Assembly (NCBI GenBank): GCA_051546255.1
Contig: CP128817.1
Span: 1,426,001 to 1,490,000, forward strand
From: Meyerozyma guilliermondii
Lineage: Eukaryota
DNA length: 64,000 bases
Reading direction: 5' to 3'
Made by a program: the position numbers and the translations under genes. The notes beneath the pieces are model-generated. The model worked only from the letters and a program-made list of their open reading frames with translations. It ran no database searches and was not told the origin of the DNA. Shown in pieces: positions 1 through 8,730 of this stretch (position 1 is its first letter; the number at the start of each line of letters is the position of its first letter).

Positions 1-2019
1 GGAAAGCCCAGTGAGCCGACACCAACGCGCAAAAAGTCCGTTGCTAGTGGGGACGGAGAACGTCAAGTTTCTGAGGAGACTACTTCCGCTAGACCAATTC
101 CGGTTATGCCATTTGCTAATCCTGACCATTTACCGAAGGAGTTGCTTCAACGAGACGCTGACAGTATTTCGAACAAGAAAGCTCCTTCTATCGACTCGTC
201 TTCTGGAATCCCCGATGAAGACCTCACAGAGACTGATACAAAGTTCCCGGAAGCAGGAGATGCACAACTTCATCCTGAAAATGTCGAGCCCATGACACCA
301 GTGGAACCTTCACCTCCGACCATCCAAAGCGATGGACACGATGAGCCCCGAGACCATAGCCAGGACAGCGAGATGAAGTTGGCCAAGCCGCCTATAGAGC
401 CTGAAGTCACCGGCTATGACGCCGACGAAGATGTATCTGACATGCAGCCTTCTGGCCATAACCAGTATCCAGACCATTCAGCTTCTCGTCCACCAATTCC
501 TGAACCTGACTTCCATGAGAAAAGGGTGCATCCCGCACCTCCACCACCTGCTCATCCAGCACCACCTGCTCATCCAGCACCACCTGCTCAACCGGTACCT
601 CCTGCTCCTTCTCGTTCTGTTCATCCTGAGCCACCTCTTCCGCCCCTGCCATCGGTTCCGCCTGTGCCTGCTTCTCGACCTGAACTTCCAACTCCTCCAG
701 GACGCCTGATTCCTGCGGTTCCTCCGGTTCCTCCGGTTCCAACTGCTCCACCAGTTCATCCTGTTCAGCAATCTACGCCCAAAGAAGGACCACCCCCCAT
801 CCCCACTCAACCACCAGCTCGTGCTGGTACTTCGGTACATGATGAGCTCGCTTCCTTGACATCGCAGAATGACAATTTTGACTTTTCCTTGCCAGCGAGA
901 TCTCAAACGATGCCTGATGCGGCACCTCCTCCCGTTCCTCACGAGGTACCTAGAGCGGCTCCACCACCGGTCCCTGCCACACCCGGTCGTTCATCCACAG
1001 AAGTTGGTGATATTACCATGGCTGGAATTCCTGAAGGAGAATACTCGGAGCAGCGAATCCATCATGCATACACTGGGTCTTCTATTGGTTCCGACAGAAA
1101 ATCGATAGAGCAGAAGACAGCTGACAGACAGTCGGTAGACAGACAGTCGGTAGACAGGCAGTCAGGAGACTTTGGCAGACGGTCCAGTGAGCTTGGAAGG
1201 TCTCGTTCTACGAGAAGTACTGGCGAACAGAGCCAAGCTGCCGCTGCGTTGACTTCATTGGAGTACGAGATTGCCAATATCAATGAGAACACCAGCTGGT
1301 GGTTGAAGGAGGAGTTGCCTGATGTTCTCGCAGGGAAAATTGGCGTTGATTTAGCATACGAAGTGGACTCACATGTCATCAAAAAGAGAGGAGGTCGCAC
1401 CATCAACTACAGGGACTACTATGTTCTTTTCTACGATCTCTCGCAGTTGATTTTCGAGCTTGAATACGAAACGGAAGATCCAAGGTCAACGGTCAAATGT
1501 GTCAACTACTACACGAAAGCACCGCCGATTATTCGCAAGGATTTACTAGATAGGTACCATCGTGAATTGGGAACGAAGGTATTGACAATTGCGTCGTCTA
1601 TGGTTGGCTCCAAGTTGAGTGAACCACTCACGTCGGTGGTCTTCGGTACCATCAAGGCAAAGGATCCAAAAGCCTTGCAACCAATTGGGCACAAGTCATT
1701 TGGAGTAACCATTTACCGTAATACGAACAACAGTAATATTTCTCGAATCGATGACGTTAGACCAGGAGACGTTTTGTGTGTTCGTAACGGCAAGTTTTCC
1801 AGTAAGGGATTAGGTATTGGAAGCAACAAAATAACTCTCGGAGAAGAAGATACTTACTCAGCAATTGTTGCGGAATATGATGCCAAGAAATACAAGTTCA
1901 AAGTGCTCGAACTGGATTCAAGTGGGCATGTCAAAAAAGAGTCTTACAAAATGAGCGAGATGAAGAGTGGCCGGATACGTGTTTTTAGAGTGGTGAGCCG
2001 GGCCTACATAGGATGGTAG
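1..2019 (+). CDS. BBC1: Bbc1/Mti1 myosin-tail-interacting actin-patch protein (5'-truncated by window edge)
   Basis: Frame is open from base 1. A long Pro-rich region is followed by the conserved BBC1/AIM3 C-terminal domain (YYVLFYDLSQL...RPGD...G RIRVFRVV.R.YIGW). Confidence 0.85.
   Translation, partial: GKPSEPTPTRKKSVASGDGERQVSEETTSARPIPVMPFANPDHLPKELLQRDADSISNKKAPSIDSSSGIPDEDLTETDTKFPEAGDAQLHPENVEPMTPVEPSPPTIQSDGHDEPRDHSQDSEMKLAKPPIEPEVTGYDADEDVSDMQPSGHNQYPDHSASRPPIPEPDFHEKRVHPAPPPPAHPAPPAHPAPPAQPVPPAPSRSVHPEPPLPPLPSVPPVPASRPELPTPPGRLIPAVPPVPPVPTAPPVHPVQQSTPKEGPPPIPTQPPARAGTSVHDELASLTSQNDNFDFSLPARSQTMPDAAPPPVPHEVPRAAPPPVPATPGRSSTEVGDITMAGIPEGEYSEQRIHHAYTGSSIGSDRKSIEQKTADRQSVDRQSVDRQSGDFGRRSSELGRSRSTRSTGEQSQAAAALTSLEYEIANINENTSWWLKEELPDVLAGKIGVDLAYEVDSHVIKKRGGRTINYRDYYVLFYDLSQLIFELEYETEDPRSTVKCVNYYTKAPPIIRKDLLDRYHRELGTKVLTIASSMVGSKLSEPLTSVVFGTIKAKDPKALQPIGHKSFGVTIYRNTNNSNISRIDDVRPGDVLCVRNGKFSSKGLGIGSNKITLGEEDTYSAIVAEYDAKKYKFKVLELDSSGHVKKESYKMSEMKSGRIRVFRVVSRAYIGW
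544..609 (+). repeat. 18-bp coding tandem repeat (CCACCTGCTCATCCAGCA, ~3.7 copies; PPAHPA)
   Basis: Directly visible tandem units at 544, 562, 580 and a degenerate unit at 598. Confidence 0.9.
1123..1167 (+). repeat. 15-bp coding tandem repeat (GACAGACAGTCGGTA x3; DRQSV)
   Basis: Units at 1123, 1138 and 1153 (third degenerate). Confidence 0.9.
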
Positions 2020-2216
2020 TTACGAATGGATGCAATTTTAGGAGGTCCCCACATCGAACAATGTTTCCGGTATATTGCACCGCGTTTAAATTCGATGCTT
2101 ATGTCAGCGAGCTCCTCGATATATTTAACGTCAGGCGCTGTGAAATTGCAGCAACTCACAGCAATTGGAAGCATTTGGTGTCAATTGAACCGTATCAGCT
2201 GTGAAATTGAAAAAAG

Positions 2217-4778
2217 ATGACTTCCACCTCTCATGATACAATCCAGGCGTTGAATCCAGATTTTATGTTGGCAGTGCTGCATCCTACAAAGAAGGGACAC
2301 ACCACCTATGATGCAGAAAGCAACATGAAATCGTTGGCTGAAACGTTGGACAATGCTGGTTTTTACTTGCAGGTTCGTCCTGGTAGTGATGCCAATGAAA
2401 TTTTAGTTTTCATTAAACTTTCTTCTTATAAATACGCCGAGGAACTTGAAAAAGATCTCATTCAAAACTACGAGTTTGGCGTTCCTAAAAAGGAGGAATC
2501 AAGAGATGACAAGCTTAGAATTGTTCATCAGTACCTCACCTCACCTGATGCCGTGGGAGGAATTGGTATCACTCCTGGAAAGGGCGATTGGTCATTCGTG
2601 AAGAGTATCACTCCAGTCACATCTGCATTTGAAGAGTCTCATATTGCTGACGATTTAAAGACTCATATTGCGGGTTCCACAGTTGATGTCCATGATGTCA
2701 AGGAGAGTCATGGTGTCCAAGTTGCCTTGTACTTTGAGTTTGTCCAATTTTATCTCTATTGGTTAGCAGGCTTGGCTGTTGTGGGGTTGATCTCCTATTT
2801 CGTTTCCAAGCACACATTCCTGTTGTCTTACACTTGTATCAATTTATTGTGGGGCACTTTTTTCATATCGCTCTGGAAAAGAAGAGAAAATTTCATCACA
2901 AACAAATGGGGTGTTGTCAATTGCCATTTGGTCGAAGAACATAAAGAAGAGTTGGCTCGTTTAAACAAGAATTACGAAGAAAAGTCTTCCTACAAACACA
3001 AGGGTAATGGTGAAGCATTCCTTTACTTGAAAGAGCTTGGATTCATCCCCATTGCATTGGGTTTCACCATAGTACTTGTCTCTTATCAGTTATTGTGTTT
3101 TGTATTGGAAATCTTCTTGACTGAGATTTATGATGGACCTGGTGTTTCGCTCCTTGCACTTCTTCCAACTATATTGATCAGTGTGTTCGTTCCCATTTTG
3201 ACTATCATCTACAACTTTGTTACCGACAAGGTGTTGATATTCGAGAGCCATCCTACGAGCTACTCCAAGAACAATTCTGTGCTTATCAAGTCCTACGTCC
3301 TTACTTTCTTGACCAGCTACATGCCATTACTCATTACTTCATTCATCTATTTGCCCTTTGCGCACTTGGTGGAGCCTCATTTGGGTGACATAAAGTACAA
3401 TATTGCTACCAGGCTCAATGAAAACAGATTCTACTACAAGTACATGACAGCCGTCAAACGTCAAGAAGACTTCAAGATCAACCAGAACCGTTTGAATGCT
3501 CAGTTTTTCTTTTTCGTGGTCACTAGTCAGGTGATTCAACTTGTGATGAAATATGTCCTTCCAATTGTGTTGCCTAAAATTAAGGCCTTGATTTCAAAGA
3601 AAGAGCCATTCAATCCTCAAGACGATGAAGAAGAACACAAATGGCTCGAAAATGCCCGCAAAATATCCACTTTGCCCGCTTATAATGTCAACGATGATTT
3701 CCGCGGCATTGCTGTGCAATACGGCTACTTGATCATGTTTGGTCCTGTTTGGTCCCTCGCGCCATTGGTGTCTGTTTTCTTTGTCCTTCTCACCTTAAAG
3801 TTGGATGAGCTCAAGTTGTCCAACGGTAAATACTTTCGTCCACCAGTTCCTGAGAGAGTCGACTGTATTCATCCATGGAATCTTGCATTCTTCGGTTTGA
3901 CGTGGTTGGGCTCTGTTGTTTCGCCATTGATCACTGTGTTCTACCGACATGGTACCCAACCTCCAAAGACATTGGGACAACTTGCTTTGGACAAGGCAAG
4001 TGTTCATGCTTCGCCGCTTTACATGATTTTCGTTTTGTTTGCTAGTGAGCACACTTTCTTCATTCTCTACTTTCTTTTGTCCAAGTTGGCTACTTTGTTT
4101 AGAAGTGAAACTGAATGGGAGAATGATTTCGTTGATAACGATCTCAAGTTGAGACACGATTACTATACTGAAAAGGTCAAGCCCAATTACGAACCCAAGA
4201 ATGATGGAGACTGGACAAAGTATACCGCTTCAGATGCGATTGCCCAAGCAAAGAACATTGGTGCGAATGTCTCAGAGCAAGTTGAAGACAAGGGACAGCT
4301 GACGTCGTATCAGAAGAGTAGTGGTGTAGCCAGCGGTGTTTCGTCTGGTGCGGTATCAAGAGGTGACAAGGGAAAGCGTGAGTATGAAAAGTTGCAAGAG
4401 ACTCTCAGACAGAAGGAGCTTGAATTGCAACGGGCTCGTGAAGCTCAGGAAAACGAGCGTTTGGGTTTGGAGAAAAGCAAGGACGGTTCAGACTCGATTA
4501 TTCAAACCAAGAGTAACGAAGGAGAGGTGCGGTACTCAACGATCGACGACAATAGCCACGCTGATGAAGATACTAGCAAGCTTGTAGGATCAAGTGAAGA
4601 TCCAACTACAAAGCAAACCGGCAGCGGAGCCGCAAGAGATTATGAGCAAGACGACTCTCAACCAAGTTCTTCTGTCGTTTCGAGCTACGAGGAAGGAAGT
4701 AGTTCTAGTAATGGTGCAAAGAGTGCCAAGAAGAAGAACTCGTTGAAAAAGTTGTTGAGAAAGGCTAAGAAAGACTAA
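2217..4778 (+). CDS. IST2: Ist2 anoctamin/TMEM16-family ER-plasma membrane tether
   Basis: Anoctamin motifs (HGVQVALYFEF, QYGYLIMFGPVWSLAPL, PERVDCIHPW), multiple TM segments, a disordered tail and a polybasic C-terminus (KKLLRKAKKD). Confidence 0.9.
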   Translation: MTSTSHDTIQALNPDFMLAVLHPTKKGHTTYDAESNMKSLAETLDNAGFYLQVRPGSDANEILVFIKLSSYKYAEELEKDLIQNYEFGVPKKEESRDDKLRIVHQYLTSPDAVGGIGITPGKGDWSFVKSITPVTSAFEESHIADDLKTHIAGSTVDVHDVKESHGVQVALYFEFVQFYLYWLAGLAVVGLISYFVSKHTFLLSYTCINLLWGTFFISLWKRRENFITNKWGVVNCHLVEEHKEELARLNKNYEEKSSYKHKGNGEAFLYLKELGFIPIALGFTIVLVSYQLLCFVLEIFLTEIYDGPGVSLLALLPTILISVFVPILTIIYNFVTDKVLIFESHPTSYSKNNSVLIKSYVLTFLTSYMPLLITSFIYLPFAHLVEPHLGDIKYNIATRLNENRFYYKYMTAVKRQEDFKINQNRLNAQFFFFVVTSQVIQLVMKYVLPIVLPKIKALISKKEPFNPQDDEEEHKWLENARKISTLPAYNVNDDFRGIAVQYGYLIMFGPVWSLAPLVSVFFVLLTLKLDELKLSNGKYFRPPVPERVDCIHPWNLAFFGLTWLGSVVSPLITVFYRHGTQPPKTLGQLALDKASVHASPLYMIFVLFASEHTFFILYFLLSKLATLFRSETEWENDFVDNDLKLRHDYYTEKVKPNYEPKNDGDWTKYTASDAIAQAKNIGANVSEQVEDKGQLTSYQKSSGVASGVSSGAVSRGDKGKREYEKLQETLRQKELELQRAREAQENERLGLEKSKDGSDSIIQTKSNEGEVRYSTIDDNSHADEDTSKLVGSSEDPTTKQTGSGAARDYEQDDSQPSSSVVSSYEEGSSSSNGAKSAKKKNSLKKLLRKAKKD

Positions 4779-4803
4779 ATAGTTGAACAATTTTATGGCT
4801 ATG

Positions 4804-5535
4804 CTAGTTATTAGAAGATTTGGGGGGTCTGGCACCAAAGATTGAAGAACCAACCCTTACACTAGTACTGCCTTGTTTGATGGCTTGTTCGAAATCATTA
4901 CTCATACCCATACTCAACTCAAGGTCCAAGTTGAACTCTTTATCAAGCTCAGTTTTTACAGTAGAAAGAGCCTTGAAATCTTTATTTTCCTCGTCCAGAG
5001 TGGACGCCTCGAAAGAACCGATCGTCATCAAACCTTGAAGTTTGAGCTTTTTGCATTCATCGCTCATTAAGAAGCGAACAGTGTCTTTGAGATCTTTTGT
5101 ATCCAGAAGAGAAAAGCCTGATTTCTGTTCTTCCCCCGAGGTATTGATTTGTAAATACACATTGAGAGGGTCCTTTTCAGCATTTAATCTGGCAGTGTCT
5201 AGCTTTTTGCATTTTTTCAATGAGTCAATGGTCTCTACGGCGTACAAGTTATCAATGCCCTTTGCCAAGTCCTTGCACTTTCCTGTCTGTAGTCCTCCAA
5301 TGAAATGCCACTTTATATCCTTTGGAAGCTCTTGAGCCTTTCCTATTAATTCCTGGACGTAGTTTTCTCCAAAATGACGTACCCCATGATTATAAAGTGC
5401 CAATATGTCCGATGCGGGCTTTAATTTTGACACAGCAACAAGACGTACATTGCGCGAATTACTAGTCGTTGATACTCGTTGGGATATAGCCTCGTATGCA
5501 CTTATTAACTCCGTTTTTCGATTTTCAGTAGCCAT
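4804..5535 (-). CDS. Pyridoxal phosphate homeostasis protein (YggS/PROSC/YBL036C family)
   Basis: LVAVSKLKP, HFGENYVQEL, WHFIGGLQ and LSMGMSNDF..AI..GS..VRVGS.IFG motifs. ATG at 5535 is preferred over the upstream non-ATG start. Confidence 0.93.
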   Translation of the reverse strand: MATENRKTELISAYEAISQRVSTTSNSRNVRLVAVSKLKPASDILALYNHGVRHFGENYVQELIGKAQELPKDIKWHFIGGLQTGKCKDLAKGIDNLYAVETIDSLKKCKKLDTARLNAEKDPLNVYLQINTSGEEQKSGFSLLDTKDLKDTVRFLMSDECKKLKLQGLMTIGSFEASTLDEENKDFKALSTVKTELDKEFNLDLELSMGMSNDFEQAIKQGSTSVRVGSSIFGARPPKSSNN

Positions 5536-5637
5536 GGCAATTATCTTTGTAGCCTTCTTCATCGAAGAGCTCATCACGTGGAGATCTGAGTAAACTGTTC
5601 GCAGGGGCACGACTTTCTTGAAATGAGAAAGTGAGCG

Positions 5638-6516
5638 ATGAGTTCAGTAAGTATGAGCGACAGTGTATACAAAGGGTCCGATTTCGACGAAAAGGTGAGA
5701 AAACAAGTGGAGTTTTACTTTTCAGACAGTAATTTGCAAACTGACAAGTTTTTGTGGAGAATATATGAGGCCAATGATGGGTGGGTCGAGTTGAAGACCA
5801 TCTTGACTTTCGGCCGTATGAGACAATACAGACCAGAAGACAAGGTTATTGAAGCTCTCAAGGCATCGGACAAGTTGGTTCTTTCGTCCAACAACGATAT
5901 GATCAGAAGAAAGGATCCATTGAAGGACTTTAATGAGTTGAAAAATACCAGAAGAAGAAATAGTGTTCACATCGAAGGGTTCCCTAAAGACGCTACCCAG
6001 GAAGACTTGGAGGAATGGTTCTCCACTAAAATCGTGCCAAAATTGCCTGTTGAAAAAGCATTGTGTTCGATTCGTAGACACCGCACCAAGGCCGGTCGTG
6101 AGTTTTTGGGAATTGCTGACGTGGAATTCAAGACTCAGGAAGATGCCGAGTACTTCTTGAACGAGTTGAATGTCAGCTATCCAGATGGTATTTTAGATGG
6201 AGACAATGTGGAAGGTAAGGACGTGTTGAAGAAGATGTCGCTTCTCACGTACAAGGAACTCAAGGAAGGAGGTAAGCGTTTTGGAGTCAATGAAGTGACC
6301 AAGAGACGCAGCAGCTTCAACGATTCGCGCGGAAAGAAAAAGTTCAAGGGAAGAAAGGACAAAACCGAGGGAGTAGCCGAGGAGGTGAAAGAAGATGAGT
6401 CCACCGAAACCACCGAAACCACTGACGAAAAAGAACCTAAAGAGAAAGAAGAGAAAGAAGAAGAGTCTGACAAACCTGCGAAAAGTGAAAGTGCTGAAGG
6501 CACCAAGGAAAACTAG
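5638..6516 (+). CDS. LHP1: La protein homolog (La motif + RRM)
   Basis: QVEFYFSDSNL..DKFL, GWV.L..ILTF.RM; downstream RRM. Alternative start at 5653. PAC-like GCTCATC at 5569. Confidence 0.93.
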   Translation: MSSVSMSDSVYKGSDFDEKVRKQVEFYFSDSNLQTDKFLWRIYEANDGWVELKTILTFGRMRQYRPEDKVIEALKASDKLVLSSNNDMIRRKDPLKDFNELKNTRRRNSVHIEGFPKDATQEDLEEWFSTKIVPKLPVEKALCSIRRHRTKAGREFLGIADVEFKTQEDAEYFLNELNVSYPDGILDGDNVEGKDVLKKMSLLTYKELKEGGKRFGVNEVTKRRSSFNDSRGKKKFKGRKDKTEGVAEEVKEDESTETTETTDEKEPKEKEEKEEESDKPAKSESAEGTKEN

Positions 6517-6595
6517 ACTTCCTTAATCCATGTATATATAATAGTGTGTTTGTATGCAGTAGGTCCAACAAGATCTCATCACCATTGAAATTTGG

Positions 6596-6606
6596 GCGCG
6601 ACGCGT
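6596..6606. promoter_or_regulatory. MCB (MluI cell-cycle box) ACGCGT plus adjacent CGCG
   Basis: gcgcgACGCGT just upstream of the POL12 ATG (6619), as expected for a G1/S replication gene. Confidence 0.7.
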
Positions 6607-6618
6607 CTGAACCTTGTC

Positions 6619-8628
6619 ATGACATCTGCTACTCACGCCTCGTTATCGAAGGCTTTTGGGATAAAAGATGGGGAGGATTCGGTCATTACCAAGTTGTCTG
6701 AGTTACAACAGATTTTCAACGTTTCAAGTGATGAACTTTTTGTAGAATGGGAAAGTTTTAACGTTACCAAGGTTCAAGATAATTTGGAATTGAACCTCGA
6801 AAATCTCGAACGGTTCCATGAACACATGCAGTCTAACCTCGTGAACACAGCTTCTAATGCTACGCCTTCTTTGAAGAAAATCAAGGATTTCAATGGCCGT
6901 ATGAAACCAGTTATTCGATCTACAAATGGCCTCACCGATTCCAGTCCACTCTCTGCCAATCCAGTCACACCCAAATTGAAAAGAAAGAACCAAAACGATG
7001 ACTTTTCCATGTTCAAGACACCTCGCATGGACTTGGCTTCATCTCCTGGAGATTACGCTACTGCCAACAATACCTTCCAAAACTCCACCGCCCCTTCCTC
7101 ATCACCCACCTCTGCCAAAACATCTGGAGCTTCACACACGGTCATTGAGACCCTCAATCCGAACGTCGAAGAGGCTGCTGGAGTCAATGATTCCGAGAAA
7201 AAGGCATTCACTTTACTGTATAACTTTGATCCATCAAAGTACAAGTTTCGTACCATGTCAATGAAGCTTCTTGAAAGTGCCGATGTCCTTGACGATCAAA
7301 TTGACACCATGACCCGCTTATTCTTGGAAACTGGCAAAGAAAATGTCAATTTTGGAAACCCCTGCGTCAGCTCTCAATTCGAGATGCACTGCTGCGGAAG
7401 AATAGTACCAGACTCTCCACTTTATGATAAAGAACTCAACCAGAACTTGAATTCTACTTCATTATTCTTAGAGACTTCGCGTCTTGGTGGTATTGGACAA
7501 AGAATTCCCTTGGACTTAACTAATGTTTCTGACTACTCGCTCTTTCCTGGTCAAATAGCAGTTTTAAAGGGTCGCAACCCCACTGGAAGTTCGTTTGTGG
7601 TCCAGGAAATATGCTCCCTCCCATCTCTCGGCTCGCATGTGTCTTCGAAACAAGAATTGGAACAGTACCAAGAGCAAGTGGGAGAAGGTGGGTTGAAAAT
7701 CTTGATCGCATCGGGACCATACTCGAATGCCCACACCCTTGACTTTACCAAGATGAATAAGTTGGTTGAGCGCATAAACACTGTCAGTAAGCCACACGTT
7801 GTTCTTTTGTTTGGCCCTTTCATTGACATAAATCATAATGCTGTGGCTCAGGGAGACATCGAACTCAAGAACGAGAAGCACCAGCCTCAAGATTACAACG
7901 ACTTATTTCAGAAGACAATATCTCAGTGCTTGAAAAAGGTGGATCCAAAAATACAAGTGATATTGATACCATCTTTGCAAGATGCTTGCATAAAGCACTG
8001 CTCATACCCTCAAGATTCCTTTGATAGGAAGAAGTTGGGGCTCCCTAAAAACGTAAGAGTCATACCGAATCCCAGTACGTTCTCTCTCAATGAGACCATG
8101 ATTGCGTGTTCCAATTTGGACATTTTCAAAGATTTACGAGAAGTCTTCAGTCTGGGACCGTCAGCGACTCTTCCTTCAAATCGATTCGAAAGAATTGCAG
8201 GACACGTCTTCGACCAACGTAGGTTCTACCCTGTATTTCCAGGATCGATCAAGAAGACAAACAAGGATAATAACGAAGGTCTTTATACTGGGCTAATGGG
8301 AGAACAATTGGCAACTACTATGGTAGGTGGTTCCAGTTTAGAAGTGCCATACATGGGTCTAGCCGAACTAGGCGATACTCTCCCTGACCTACTCATAGCA
8401 CCCTCAGAGCTCAAGTTCTTTGCTAAGGTGATACGTGGAGTAATTGTGATAAATCCAGGAAACTTTATTCGTCCGCACAATGATCCTAATAAAGAAGAGG
8501 GCACTTATGTGACGGTTAGTATCGGTCGACCCGAGGTAAATGAGGAAGACAAAGTGCCTAACCATGACGACCTATACTACAACCATGTGTACCGTCGCTC
8601 AAGAGTGGACATAATGAGAAATAGCTAA
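6619..8628 (+). CDS. POL12: DNA polymerase alpha-primase B subunit
   Basis: CGRIVPDSP, LETSR..GIG.R..LDL, SLFPGQI..LKG.NP.G, GPFID and DQRRFYP.FPG motifs. First ATG is 6619. Confidence 0.95.
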   Translation: MTSATHASLSKAFGIKDGEDSVITKLSELQQIFNVSSDELFVEWESFNVTKVQDNLELNLENLERFHEHMQSNLVNTASNATPSLKKIKDFNGRMKPVIRSTNGLTDSSPLSANPVTPKLKRKNQNDDFSMFKTPRMDLASSPGDYATANNTFQNSTAPSSSPTSAKTSGASHTVIETLNPNVEEAAGVNDSEKKAFTLLYNFDPSKYKFRTMSMKLLESADVLDDQIDTMTRLFLETGKENVNFGNPCVSSQFEMHCCGRIVPDSPLYDKELNQNLNSTSLFLETSRLGGIGQRIPLDLTNVSDYSLFPGQIAVLKGRNPTGSSFVVQEICSLPSLGSHVSSKQELEQYQEQVGEGGLKILIASGPYSNAHTLDFTKMNKLVERINTVSKPHVVLLFGPFIDINHNAVAQGDIELKNEKHQPQDYNDLFQKTISQCLKKVDPKIQVILIPSLQDACIKHCSYPQDSFDRKKLGLPKNVRVIPNPSTFSLNETMIACSNLDIFKDLREVFSLGPSATLPSNRFERIAGHVFDQRRFYPVFPGSIKKTNKDNNEGLYTGLMGEQLATTMVGGSSLEVPYMGLAELGDTLPDLLIAPSELKFFAKVIRGVIVINPGNFIRPHNDPNKEEGTYVTVSIGRPEVNEEDKVPNHDDLYYNHVYRRSRVDIMRNS

Positions 8629-8652
8629 ATTGATGTCTACATACCTAAATTT

Positions 8653-8720
8653 TGCACCCATTTCACACTAGCTTTTAAATTCTCATTTTCGCACCCATTT
8701 AGATTTTCTTTTCGCACCCA
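8653..8720 (+). promoter_or_regulatory. Three YGCACCCA motifs (Aft-type iron-response-like element)
   Basis: TGCACCCA at 8653 and CGCACCCA at 8690 and 8713 in a ~100-bp intergenic region before IRC3. Confidence 0.45.
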
Positions 8721-8730
8721 CTTGACATGA

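Noticed and set aside
5647..5652. GTAAGT just after the LHP1 ATG as a possible intron
   Set aside because: The frame is open through it and no branch point or 3' splice site follows.
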